Below are positions 1 to 11,045 of a stretch of 22,230 nucleotides of DNA, one piece after another. The notes beneath the pieces were generated by a model. The model made no database searches and was not told where the DNA came from. It was given only the letters and a program-made list of their open reading frames with translations. Position numbers and translations under genes: made by a program. This stretch comes from Ascoidea asiatica JCM 7603 (taxonomy: Eukaryota; Fungi; Ascomycota), in NCBI GenBank assembly GCA_001600695.1, contig BCKQ01000004.1:1022204-1044433 (forward strand). The letters are read 5' to 3'. Within the stretch, counting starts at the first letter, position 1. Each line of letters opens with the position of its first letter.

Positions 1-976
1 CTCTAACTTATCTTGGTCAATCAGGATTTAAACACAAGCTTATTGAAATTTAATGAAATTATTTGAGAAGGATAGTAGTGAATTGGAGAATTGTGATAAA
101 GAATATTGGACGATTAATGATAATGCTGAATTATAATAAGCCATAAAAAACGGCTTTAATAGACTATAGAAATTTGATATTTTAATGGATTATGTTATAA
201 TATAATACAATAAAATAAAACATAAAGTAAATAAATGGTAATTTAAGGATGAAAAAAAAGGCAAAAACTAAAAGAGGAGAGTATTTAAAAATAGCATCAT
301 TATGTTCAATTTACTCTTGATCCAAAATTGTATTTCATATCTTGAAGTACTTACGCGTAAGGTACATTACTATAAATAAATTAAATAAATAAAATTAAAA
401 AAAGATATTTTCAAATTTGAATAATGGTTTTTTAAGATTAATCTTATTAAAATTGTTTTATTACTTTTTATTAGGTAAATTTAGCTACGATTATTTTTTT
501 ATGTTTATTACTTTTATTTTTGTGATCAATATCAAATATGAATTTTGATAAAGATTTTATAATATTTTATCTAAAATTTAGATTACTTGATGACCCATTT
601 AATTGATTAATAGAAGAAGAAACATAAAGCCTTCTTGGCCCATATTCTGAGTATATAATTTTACCTTTTTTTCAGTACTGGCCATTTATCAACCCTAAAA
701 ATTAATTTTCTGTTAAAAATCGAGACCATATTCTTGGAACCTATTCTATCCTTGATTGATAATTTCCGCTAAAAACCGTACCACGGACAATAATCATTTC
801 GATCTCCAAACTTTATTTGATTTTAATGAAATGAAAAGAAATAAAGAAATAAAGAAATAAATGAATGAATGAATAAAATAAATGATAAATTAAGTAGTTG
901 TGAGGAAGTAAAAGAAATAAAATAAACTCTATAATCCCCTATAGATAAACAGAACTACAATAGTCAGATAGAAAAA

Positions 977-1690
977 ATGCTACCGACTCCTATCGTTAAA
1001 GCTGATTTCAGTAAAATTTATGAACCAGCAGAAGATTCCTTTCTTTTGTTAGATTCTCTAGAAGCAGAAAAGAATTATTTAAATAAAGAATTCATATCTA
1101 ATACTAATAATAATATCTTTAAAATAATAGTTGAAATAGGGACTGGATCTGGAATAATAACTACTTTTTTACAAACTTCAATATTTGATCAATATAATGA
1201 TAGAATAATATACTTAACTACAGATTTAAATCCATATTCTTGTAAAACTTCACTTGAAACAAGTCAATTAAATAACAATAAAAATAATTTATATATGGAT
1301 TCAATTCAATGTGACTTAGTAAATTCAATAATTCCAAATTCAATAGATTTATTAATTTTTAATCCACCTTATGTTCCAAGTTTAAATGATGAAATTCCTT
1401 TATTACCATTAACAAATAATAAAATTTTATCAAATAATCAATTATTAGATTTAGCTTTATTAGGAGGTGATGATGGTATGATTATTACAAAAAAATTATT
1501 AAAGAAATTGAATGTAATTTTAAATAAAAATGGTATTGCATATATATTATTTTGTGCAAGAAATAAACCGGAATTAATAATTAAAAATAAAAAAGAATAT
1601 TTAAATGGTAATTTTGATATTAAAAAAATAATTTTTAGAAAATGTGGTTGGGAAGAATTATCAGTTTTGAAATTTACAAAACTAGATTAA
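977..1690 (+). CDS. MTQ2: eRF1 glutamine methyltransferase catalytic subunit (HemK2/N6AMT1 family), 237 aa
   Basis: N-terminal MLPTP...YEPAEDSFLLLDSLE, SAM-binding EIGTGSG, catalytic FNPPYVP, LALLGGDDG, and C-terminal RKCGWEELSV, all typical of Mtq2. Confidence 0.93.
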   Translation: MLPTPIVKADFSKIYEPAEDSFLLLDSLEAEKNYLNKEFISNTNNNIFKIIVEIGTGSGIITTFLQTSIFDQYNDRIIYLTTDLNPYSCKTSLETSQLNNNKNNLYMDSIQCDLVNSIIPNSIDLLIFNPPYVPSLNDEIPLLPLTNNKILSNNQLLDLALLGGDDGMIITKKLLKKLNVILNKNGIAYILFCARNKPELIIKNKKEYLNGNFDIKKIIFRKCGWEELSVLKFTKLD

Positions 1691-1700
1691 AAATTATAAT

Positions 1701-3362
1701 TTAAAATAAATTTATTTCAGTATCATTACCTAAAATTTCTTTGGTAATTAAACCTGCAATATTTGCACCTGCTAAAGCTGATGTTTCCATTGTACTCATT
1801 AAAGTTTCCATACAATTAACATACCAAATATCCTCATCAATTTCACTTCTAAAATCTTCAAAATTTTTTATTGTTTTTAAAATTGGATATGCTTTCCAAA
1901 ATTTTGAATAATAAAAATTAATATTTAATCTACTATTTGGGAAAAACATTGGATATAATTGTCTTTCAGAAATAAAATTTGGCGAAAAAATTTTATAAAT
2001 ATATTCTTTTGTATCTGGTATATATTTTATAACTTGAATTGAATAAAATTCAAATTTTCTTGGAGGAATTGGTTCATCACTTTGAACTGAAAGTATATCT
2101 GATGGAATAATAAAACTTCTATCTGAAATATTAAAGAATTTTGGATTATTTAATTTTGGATGTTTTGAGCTAAAAATTGTTACATAAAGATCTTTATATT
2201 CAACTTTTAAATGATTTGGGAAAAAATTGGTAGTGAAATTTGAATCATTATTTAAATCTAAATAATCTAATGGTGATGCAATTATAACTTTATCAAAATT
2301 TTCAGTATATTGATTATTATTATAAATTACTTGAAATTTTTTATTATTATTTTTTATATTACTTGAATTATAATTTTTATTTAATCTAATATCATTAACA
2401 TGAGAATTTAATTTTAAAGTTGAATTTGAATGTTGAATAAATTTTTGAAAAATCTGATAATTTCCATCAGTTACTTGATAAATAGAATCTGAATAAATTG
2501 TACTTGAAGAAACCATGCCAACTAAAGCATTAATATCATTAATATTTTGTCCATAATTATTTCTTAATAAAGAATTTATAAATTCATTGATAAATTCAAA
2601 ACTTGAAATACCTTGTTGATTAAGAAAATAATCTAAAGCAGGTTGATTTGAAATTGAGCTGAAATTTGATTGATTTTCATTGGTAATAAAATTTAAAGAA
2701 GTAAATGGGAAATTGTCTTCGTAAAAATTCGAAATAAAAATTGAAATAAAAGTTTTAACTAGAGATTTTAATTGATAATATGAATACCAGCCATATCTTA
2801 ACCAAAATGATAACCAAGGACTACTACTAGTTCCTTGAGTATAAACAAATTTAGATTCAGAAGATGCATTATAAATTCCTAAACTTTGTTCAATTTGACT
2901 ATCATCTTCATAGAATAAATCATTATTTGGATCAAAATTTGAAGATAAATTGAAATCTTTTAAGTACTTAACTAGAATTTTATTTGCATCAGTAAAAACC
3001 GAACCACCTAATTCAATTGGAATATTAATAATTTCTAAAAAATCAGGATCTTCAAAAGTATAATTTATAGTTGAGGCTCTACCACCAATATAATCATTTT
3101 TGTCAAATATTGTTATATCAAATAAACTTTCATTAGTAATATTTGATTTTGAGAATTTATTTAAATGAAAAGCAGTTGAAGAACCTGCAGAACCTGCTCC
3201 AATTATCGCAACTTTGAATTTTTCAAAAGTTATATTTTGATTAATTACAGGTAACTCAATTGGCAGTTGGTTTCCAATTGGTAAATGATAATTTGCTTGA
3301 TTATCTAAAGGAGAACTAAACAGCAATGAAGCTAGAAACAAGAAAATACACACCAAACCCAT
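1701..3362 (-). CDS. Prenylcysteine oxidase/lyase-like FAD-dependent oxidoreductase with N-terminal signal or anchor, 553 aa
   Basis: Hydrophobic N-terminus; Rossmann motif VAIIGAGSAGSSTAFHL; YIGGRA and IELGGSVFTDAN; NNYGQN; C-terminal WKAYP and IWYVNCMETLMSTMETSALAGANIA, characteristic of PCYOX1-like proteins. Confidence 0.85.
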   Translation of the reverse strand: MGLVCIFLFLASLLFSSPLDNQANYHLPIGNQLPIELPVINQNITFEKFKVAIIGAGSAGSSTAFHLNKFSKSNITNESLFDITIFDKNDYIGGRASTINYTFEDPDFLEIINIPIELGGSVFTDANKILVKYLKDFNLSSNFDPNNDLFYEDDSQIEQSLGIYNASSESKFVYTQGTSSSPWLSFWLRYGWYSYYQLKSLVKTFISIFISNFYEDNFPFTSLNFITNENQSNFSSISNQPALDYFLNQQGISSFEFINEFINSLLRNNYGQNINDINALVGMVSSSTIYSDSIYQVTDGNYQIFQKFIQHSNSTLKLNSHVNDIRLNKNYNSSNIKNNNKKFQVIYNNNQYTENFDKVIIASPLDYLDLNNDSNFTTNFFPNHLKVEYKDLYVTIFSSKHPKLNNPKFFNISDRSFIIPSDILSVQSDEPIPPRKFEFYSIQVIKYIPDTKEYIYKIFSPNFISERQLYPMFFPNSRLNINFYYSKFWKAYPILKTIKNFEDFRSEIDEDIWYVNCMETLMSTMETSALAGANIAGLITKEILGNDTEINLF

Positions 3363-3768
3363 TTCTTTCTATGACAAAAGTTACCTTGAAAACTTTTGAG
3401 TGAACTAACTTGAACAAAAATTGTAAAAAATAGTTATTTGAAGGTTGAAAGTCTTTGAAATTAAATGCTTTTATTCATGAGAAGAGTGTTGAAATAAACC
3501 TTTATTTTTATCTCAATTTATAGTCCTTCGTTTTTATCTTGTTATCTCTCGTTATCTCCGTTCACTGCGCAATGTTGCTACGAGCCACCCCGATTCATCT
3601 CACTTTTGGAAGGCAAATTAGTAGCGAATCTGCTGAAATTTGTTTGCTTCTTCTTTCTTTTCAATGTTTTCCTTCAGAAACGAGACTTTGCTTTTTGAAA
3701 AAAGTTACAGGTTATATTCGTGGAGCTGAAGTGAATAACTTACAGATATTATCAAGAAAAAAAAGAGG

Positions 3769-4280
3769 ATGAACTCGAGTTTTAAATGTTCAAAGATTGG
3801 ATCTTCAGCGGCTTTATTGAGGAAATCATTGGCAAATAAAAGAAACTTTTCTAGTTTAAATTCAGTTTTGAATAAAAATATTAATTTGAAATTATTTACG
3901 AAAAGCGATTGTGGTTTATGTGATAATGCGAAACTAGTATTGAAGCAATTGCAAACCAATCATAAAAAGGAGCTAAACAATGATATCAATATCACTTTAG
4001 AATATATTGATATTTCAAAACTGGAAAATAAAAAGTGGTTCAACGATTATGTATGTGTATCATTAATTATTATCACAATAACAATAAATTTTTGATAACT
4101 ACAGCTATGAAATATTGAAAATTTCTTTTAACAATACTAACAAACTTTCATTGTTTTTGTTATAACAAGTGTTTTGATATTCCTGTTTTGCATATTGAGA
4201 AAGAGAATTCAAATAAACCTGTCAAGTTTATGCATAGATTGGATGTGCAAAAGTTAATCCAAGAGATCAATAATGAATAG
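3769..4280 (+). CDS. Glutaredoxin-like protein (YDR286C/DUF836-type), about 130 aa, probable mitochondrial presequence; exons 3769-4050 and 4170-4280
   Basis: LFTKSDCGLCDNAK CxxC motif. A phase-0 intron (4051-4169) has donor GTATGT, branch TACTAAC (4135-4141) and acceptor AAG. Splicing gives KKWFNDY|CFDIPVLHIE...KFMHRLD...NNE* (TAG 4278-4280), restoring the family YxFDxPVLH motif. The Arg/Lys/Ser-rich N-terminus lacks acidic residues. Confidence 0.88.
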
Positions 4281-4390
4281 AAAAAAAGAAAAGCTTTTTA
4301 TTAGGAATTAAAATAGAATCGAAAAGTAAATAAGTTAAAAGGAAAGAAAAAAAAATAGTAATAAAAAAAGTTCATGAAAATAATTAAGAA

Positions 4391-5306
4391 CTAATAAGAA
4401 TTTTCCTCCAACTCAAGTAAAAGATTATTAGCTTCCTCTTCAGTTGGAATTTTTCTACTTATTGCATTTCCTTTTATTTTGATAATTTTCAGAAGGTTTG
4501 CAGCAGGATAAACCCCATATTTTTCCATAACTTTTAGATAAAATAATCCACATGCATTACATAAAGTTCTTGGTCCATCTGGTCCACCTCTCCATTCTGG
4601 TGTATCTTCAGCTGCACAATGCTTACAAACTAAATTAAGATATTTTGGATCATCTTGAGTTTTTGCTTTACCTTTACCTTTACCATTGGTTTGATTTTTA
4701 TCTTTATTATTATTGCTTTTTGTTATCTTCAAATCTTTGGGTAATGATATTGTTTTTCTATGAGTGAAATTATCCTTATGAATTAAGTCATTGCTTGGTC
4801 CTGTTTCATTCATATCTGTTAAATTTGTAGATGGATTATAATTACGGTATCTATTATCATTGAAAGTATCTTGGAAAGTATTCTGGAAAGTATTTTGAAA
4901 AGTGTTTTGAAAATTGTTTTGCATATTATTTTGTGAATTATGTTGAAAATCATTGTGGTTAGTTGGGAAACTATTTGGGAAATTATTTTGATTATTATCT
5001 TGATCAATATTTTGAGCATAGTTGTCGAAATTATTTTGAAATTTATTTTTAAATTTGAAGTAACCTGAATATTTCATTGGGTTTGATGGACTAATTGGGG
5101 AAATAATATTATTTTGATTATTTTGAATAGTTTCATTATTTTGATTATTTTGATTATTTTGAATAGTTTGAATAGTTTGATTAGATTGACTAGCTTGATA
5201 CGCATTTTGATTAATATTTTGACTAATATGCTGATATGAATAGGATTGTTGTGTTTGCAATGGATCATTATTATACCGATAATTTACTGGTGCATTGAAA
5301 TAAGGA

Positions 5307-5363
<57 letters not shown>

Positions 5364-6133
5364 GTATTATTAGTATTATTAGTATTATTAGTATTATTAG
5401 TATTATAATATTCATAACTATTATTATTATAATATTTATAATTATTATTGTCATTAGGAATATAATTGTTATTATGAATATAATTGTTATAATGATTATA
5501 TTTATTATAATTGTTATAGTCATTATAGTTATTATAATTATTATAGTTAGTATTATTACTGAAATTATTATTACTCAAAGTGGAAGTATTAGATGGTTGA
5601 GAACTATGAAATGAGGTATTATTGGAAACATTGGTATTTAAAGGAAAAGAGTGTGATGTAGAAGTAAGAAAAGGAGGAGGTGGTGGTGGTGGTAGACAAA
5701 AATTTCCAGGTAAGGGGCCTTGAAATTTATAGTTTTGACTATTATCTGTTTTAGAAGACTCTTTGTCATCATTATTTGAAAAAAGTTTATAGTTTTTCAA
5801 ATCATAGCTTTCAGCAGATTTTGTAGGTTTGTTTGTTCTTGGATTTTTTAAAATCATTTCAGTTCTAAAATTACTCATAAAATTATTTCTATAATTAACC
5901 ATTGCTTCTAATTCTGGGGTACCAGATCTCTCTCCTGGTGGTAATGGATTGGAATAGATTAAAGGACTTAGATGAAAAGACTTTTGTTAGTTAAGTTATG
6001 TCAAACAGATACTGATTAATGATTTAAAAAAGGATACTTACTTATTAGAAATAATTGGTCTTTGATTATTTGAAAATGCTTTCAATCTTTGAGAACTTTC
6101 AAAAACTCTATTATGAGTTTTAAATGGAAGCAT
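4391..6133 (-). CDS. GATA zinc-finger transcription factor, Gat2/Brg1-like, with Asn/Gln-rich low-complexity region; predicted exons 6133-6042 and 5966-4391 (about 555 aa)
   Basis: C-X2-C-X18-C-X2-C finger CKHCAAEDTPEWRGGPDGPRTLCNACGLFY near the C-terminus. An upstream minus-strand intron (6041-5967) has GTAAGT, AACTAAC (5992-5986) and a TAAG acceptor. It joins MLPFKTH...IISN to NPLIYSNP...ELEA-MVNY in frame. The start is less certain than the product call. Confidence 0.85.
5306..5408. repeat. (ATT)n and (AGTATTATT)n microsatellite encoding poly-Asn and NNT repeats in the GATA factor
   Basis: Tandem triplet and nonamer repeats are directly visible; they explain the poly-Ile shadow ORFs. Confidence 0.95.
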
Positions 6134-8637
6134 TTCTGGATTATTTTTATATTGTAATTGAAACAATTGAATAAAATTAATAAAATCAAAATAATATGAT
6201 TAAAAATTAGTTGTAATGAAATTTTATAACAAGGTAAAAAAAAAATTATTAAGGTGAAATATATTTTAGTTAGTTGCTATAAATATAAATATGTACAAAA
6301 TTTCTTTTTGAATTGAGTAAGAATTTTTATAATGAAACGATTGTACTAATTGATAATTATAAATAAAAAATATAAAGCTGGATTTAAAAAAAATTGACAT
6401 AAAAAAGAAAATTTAAAAATAATAATGAAATAAAAGTGAAAATGGAATGAAATAAAAATAAAAGGAAATGTTTAATATATATATACTGTTTATATTATTA
6501 TATTTATAAGATTAATGAGGTAAGTAGAAATTATTTGTGCTTTTGCTTTTAAATGGTTTGAAGTATTTTCAAAATTTGTGTAAATTAACTTGGTTTTTAG
6601 CTGATTTAACTTTTATTATCTCAAAAAGAAATAGTGAAAGTCAAGATTATACAAATGAAAAAACAATTATTAGATTACAGTGAAGTTGAATTATTAGTAC
6701 TTTTAATTAATTGCTATCAAAATTGCTATAAAAATTGAAATTGAAATTGAAAATGAAATTGAAATTGAAGCCGGATTCTAAAATAAAATAAATTAAATAA
6801 ATAATTATATTTTTTTTTAACTCCGGGATCAATTGAGTGCAATTTTTCCTCTAGTTATTATATTGAACTAAAAACAACAATTCATTGGTTTTTCCTTGAC
6901 GTTAAATCAAATAGCAGACAAAGAGTAATCACTAGTTGAAGTAAAAAGGTTTGAAGTATAAGATGAGAATAAAGAGAAATCGGTTACAAAATGCTAGCAT
7001 ATGTTAAAGTTGAACAACCTATGTTTTTTTTTTTTGAGTGAATTCTGTAATTACACTTTGCAAATTGAGAATAATTTGAAATACGAGGCTACTTTGAACA
7101 GTGAAAATAATTTACATTGGGCGGAAATAGCATTGAAGAAGCATCCGAACTGGAATTCACACACTGAAACACAGAATCATTCTCAAAGTTTAATTGTTAT
7201 TGAACTAAATTTGATTGCGAATTATGGTGCTTTTGAAGAACAAAAAAGTGATTATTATACTGTGATTGGCTTATTCTAATCATTACTTGGATTTATGTAT
7301 AGAACTGATGAAAGATTAGAGGTTTTTTCCCGAAATTATTCTGTTTCTTAAAAGGGAATCAGTTTCGCTTTTCGATACCTCAGGCTTTATAACTTTTTAT
7401 GAATGATCCTTTTTATTTGTGTTTTTGTAGCAACAGTAGCTACTATATCTGCCTTATATTTCTTGTCCACAAAGAGAATTGGTTGGGTCGCAGAGATGGC
7501 AGAAGCGATTAGCATTGCTCTGCTATAGACTTTTAATCGGAAGCCAGTAGCCAATATCACAATCTCAATCAGCAAATCGCAACTAAGGAACCTTTTACTC
7601 TTCAGAAAAACTTCTTTCTCTAAATCATTTCCAATCTTTTTGAATCAACTGCTGAGAAATAATCAATTTTGTCATTCAGCTTTTTTACACTTCATACAAA
7701 TCCTTCACTACATTCTCATTTCGGAAAAACACTCGGTCACGTGAACAGGATACTTTACTATGTGCAGCAAGTTTCTGCACAGATCATAATACTAGCTTTT
7801 TTCTGCAGGAAGCCCAACTTAGTTTGCTCATCGCTCATCCCTGCGAAATACGAGAATACCCCACCAAATAATATCTTTCAAAAGAACATATTACTTCCAT
7901 AATTATTTGTTTTGTTATTTGTTATTCTGAATTTGTTCCAATGAGTTAGTAAGACCTGATAAATTAAATCAGTCAGCCGAAACAAGGTACTTAAATGATT
8001 TATAAGCTATTAAATTCAAGAAAGTATGATTCTGTAATTTGAAACTTTGATTAATAAAATGAACCAAAGAGTAACTTTAACAATAATTAATCTGTAATCT
8101 AATTACTTACAATTTACAAAAATAGTCTACGATTAACTAGTTCACAAAAGCCAGATTCCATTCAAGATAAGAAGAGCTTATGTGGAGAAGGAAACTTAAT
8201 AAATTGTCCCTTATGATCTAAGGATCGGGTCAAAATAATTTTATAGTCACTATCTTTCTGTTGAGTTTGTTTTTAAGATTTCGATAAAGACACTCAAAAG
8301 ACTGGAAATTTTTCAGAAGAATTAAAAAGACTTTGAGTTCTAGAAGTATTTAAAACTTTTATAATTTCTAGAATTTTAGCAATTCAAGTTTCATAGAAAA
8401 AATCTAAGAATTTATTAACTTAGCTTAGCAATTTAAATTGTTCTTCACTCGGATTTGATTATAGGAATTTAAACCTAAAGTTCTCTTTTTAATCTACAAC
8501 TTAATAATTATGATAATTTTGAAAATAAGAATATTTATTGATTTAAAATCAGTCCAATAATGTCTTGAATATATTAGGAGCAAATTACTTTTATTCAAAT
8601 ATCAATTATAATAAAAAAAAAAAGAAAAAAGAGATGA

Positions 8638-9795
8638 TTATAAAGCTTTTAAAGATTTTAATTCAGGTTGTTTACTTCTTTTAATTAAATCTTTATAAAA
8701 TTGACTTGTATCAGATAAATTCCAATAAATTTCAATTGATTCAAATAATTTTAGACCTTTAGTTTGAGTACCTTTATAACCATCTAATTGATCCCAATTT
8801 ATTTTTATATTACCTTTATAATTTTGATTATTTAATTTAATTAAATTTTCATTTAATTCCCATTTATTTAAATTTGAATTATAAAAAGTTTCAAAAAAAA
8901 TATTAAACCAAAAAAATGTTGAAGATGTTAAAATTTTTAAATTTGAAAATTTTTGTTCAATTGAAATTTTTATATCTGGTCCAATATTTTTAATTAAATT
9001 TGAATTTAAATTTTTTTTAAAAATTGGTGAATAAGTTAAAAAATCTATAGATTTATGAATTATATCATTATTATTATTAAAAGTTATAATTTTTTCAATT
9101 TTTTTTGAATTATTAATATTATAATTTAATAAAGTTAAATTTATATCATAATATGGTTTTAAAATTCTAATATATTCAATATTACATTTAAAATTATTTG
9201 GATTATAATCTGGGAAATAATCAGGTAAAATATAAAGATAATTATAAAAATATTTTATATAATTTTTTTGAGATTTTATTGAAACTCCATCACCAAAACC
9301 AGATCTCATTCTTTTTTCAGTAAATAATTTTAAAGCATTTGAAACATTATAATGATATTTTGCAATTAAATAACATGCAAGAATTGTACCACTTCTACCT
9401 TTACCAGCTTTACAATGAATTAAAATAATATTTTTATTATTTTGATTTAAATAATTATTAATTGAATCAATAATTTGAGGTAAAATATGAAAAGAAGGAG
9501 GTTGATGATCAGGAAATGGAAAATGTTTTATATTATAATTAACTTGATAATCATCATAACCAGGTTCTTCACCTCTTAAATTATAAATTCTCCAATTATT
9601 TTTATGATAAAAATTTAAAAATTTTAAAATATCATTAATTGAATTTCTATATAATTTATTTGGATAATTATTAACAATTGCAGAAGATATTATAATTCTA
9701 TTAGTTATATAAGTTAAATCTAAATGAATATTTAAATTATTATCATGAAATGGTTTTTGAGAAGAAGAAGCAATTGATTTCAAAATTGAAGTCAT
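8638..9795 (-). CDS. TEP1: PTEN-family phosphoinositide 3-phosphatase, 385 aa
   Basis: LDLTYITNRII, IYNLRGE, WPD-loop equivalent FPFPDHQPP, P-loop IHCKAGKGRSG and GVSIKSQKNY, followed by a C2-like region with FFWFN. Confidence 0.92.
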   Translation of the reverse strand: MTSILKSIASSSQKPFHDNNLNIHLDLTYITNRIIISSAIVNNYPNKLYRNSINDILKFLNFYHKNNWRIYNLRGEEPGYDDYQVNYNIKHFPFPDHQPPSFHILPQIIDSINNYLNQNNKNIILIHCKAGKGRSGTILACYLIAKYHYNVSNALKLFTEKRMRSGFGDGVSIKSQKNYIKYFYNYLYILPDYFPDYNPNNFKCNIEYIRILKPYYDINLTLLNYNINNSKKIEKIITFNNNNDIIHKSIDFLTYSPIFKKNLNSNLIKNIGPDIKISIEQKFSNLKILTSSTFFWFNIFFETFYNSNLNKWELNENLIKLNNQNYKGNIKINWDQLDGYKGTQTKGLKLFESIEIYWNLSDTSQFYKDLIKRSKQPELKSLKAL

Positions 9796-10556
9796 TTAAA
9801 ATATGATTTCCTTAATTTCCTTAATTTCTTTAATATTATTTGATATTATTTGATATTTTTTAGTTATTTTATGAATAAGTTATTAAATTATTTTATATGA
9901 TATTATAAGATATATGTTTTTTTTTATTATTATTTTTAGATATTCTAATAGTGTAAAAATGTAAAGCTATGTTAAAAGGTTAATTAAAGTCAAATAAAAG
10001 CTAATATAATAGAAATAATCAGCTCATACCTATTGTTAGATGACTTGGAATGATTCAAAGCTTTAATGTAAGTAAAATGTAACATATTTTAAAAAGAATA
10101 AACAATGTATTTCAAAGATTAGTTTAGTGACTTTAGATACAAATGAAATAGTAAGAGAAGTATGAAAAGTAAACCATTGATCACAATAGAATTGAAAAAT
10201 TCAAAGGAGATAGAGACCCAAATCACTTAAGAAACAAAAAATGAGAATTAGTTTTATTTCAAAAGAAAAATTTCAAAAATTGATGGTTTTGTGGATATGA
10301 AAGAGAAAGCAAAAAAAGAATTGATTCTCTCTACCTTTGCCAAAATAGAGCCATTATGTTCATTTATTCAGATCTTTCAATTGTTCATTGAGGTATTTAA
10401 TCTAAGAAAGAATCAGTGTCATATTGAAAGTGGAAGTTAATTTGATTGTTATTGATAGAAAGATGAATGAGTTGTTTATTGAAGAAGTGCAATTACTTTT
10501 TACTTTTAAAATAAAGGTCTAAAAGGTACTCGACATACTTAAAAATGGGTGAATAT

Positions 10557-10636
10557 TTTACGCGTCAAACACCAACACAAACACAAACACAAACACAAAT
10601 AAGGAAAAGTATTTATTTTGTTGCAGTTTACGCGTC
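10557..10636. promoter_or_regulatory. Two MCB-like elements (TTTACGCGTC) in the divergent TEP1/RUB1 intergenic region
   Basis: ACGCGT occurs at 10560-10565 and 10630-10635 with identical flanks, in a CpG-poor background. Function is inferred from the yeast MBF consensus. Confidence 0.45.
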
Positions 10637-10956
10637 GTTGGGTAGCTGAGACTGAGACCACTTTTAGGGATGTTCTGGAATCAGTGGTTTTTTAAACTAT
10701 TCCGGTCCGCTCCGCTGCTTTGGAACCAGAAGTCAAAAAAGGCATTGCATCCACAGTTCTGGTACTGGTGCGAGATGCCGGAGTGAGCCACCGGAGTGGT
10801 AACGTCACAACACAACAACTGCACTGCACCGGATCTGATCATAATCAAAAGACGATAGCGAAAGAGGATCAAAAAGCACTGAATTGTTCTGTTCAACAAC
10901 AAGCTTCAAAAGCACCAAACTGAAATCATTGTAACAAAATTAGATAAAAACTATTC

Positions 10957-11020
10957 CATATTCATATTCATATTCATATTCATATTCATATTCATTTCAT
11001 TTCAATTCAATTCAATTCAT
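10957..11020. repeat. (CATATT)n hexamer repeat grading into pentamer repeats just upstream of RUB1
   Basis: Directly visible tandem repeat. Confidence 0.9.
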
Positions 11021-11045
11021 TACAATTTTACAATATTCCTCCAAC

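Noticed and set aside
1-680. Possible decayed hAT-like transposase (fragments AIKNGFNRL*KF, DDPFN*, LAHILSI)
   Set aside because: The fragments are short, lie in different frames, and stop density looks no lower than expected for AT-rich DNA. A tBLASTn or Dfam hit would be needed to revive the idea.
3539-3959. ORFs 3539-3772 (+) and 3705-3959 (-)
   Set aside because: They have non-ATG starts, overlap a promoter or lie antisense to the glutaredoxin-like gene, and show no motifs.
4051-4095. C-terminus VCVSLIIITITINF of the 108-aa ORF
   Set aside because: It is read-through into the intron; the spliced exon 2 supplies the conserved C-terminus.
4819-5614. Ile-rich ORFs 4819-5019, 5074-5268, 5246-5614 and 5284-5523
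   Set aside because: They are alternate-frame or antisense shadows of the AAT/ATT repeats in the GATA gene.
6034-6041. ATACTTAC as the 5' end of U1 snRNA
   Set aside because: It is simply the reverse complement of the GATA gene's GTAAGTAT splice donor; no U1 stem-loops follow.
7736-7860. GTCACGTG as CDEI of a point centromere
   Set aside because: It is not followed by a highly AT-rich CDEII and CCG-containing CDEIII; more likely a plain E-box.
7001-7902. Short ORFs 7001-7279, 7387-7575 and 7669-7902
   Set aside because: No recognisable domain and codon usage unlike the real genes; they probably lie in the GATA gene's upstream region.
10681-10923. Overlapping ORFs 10681-10902 (-) and 10720-10923 (+)
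   Set aside because: They have non-ATG starts and arise from a locally GC-richer promoter island with few stop codons.
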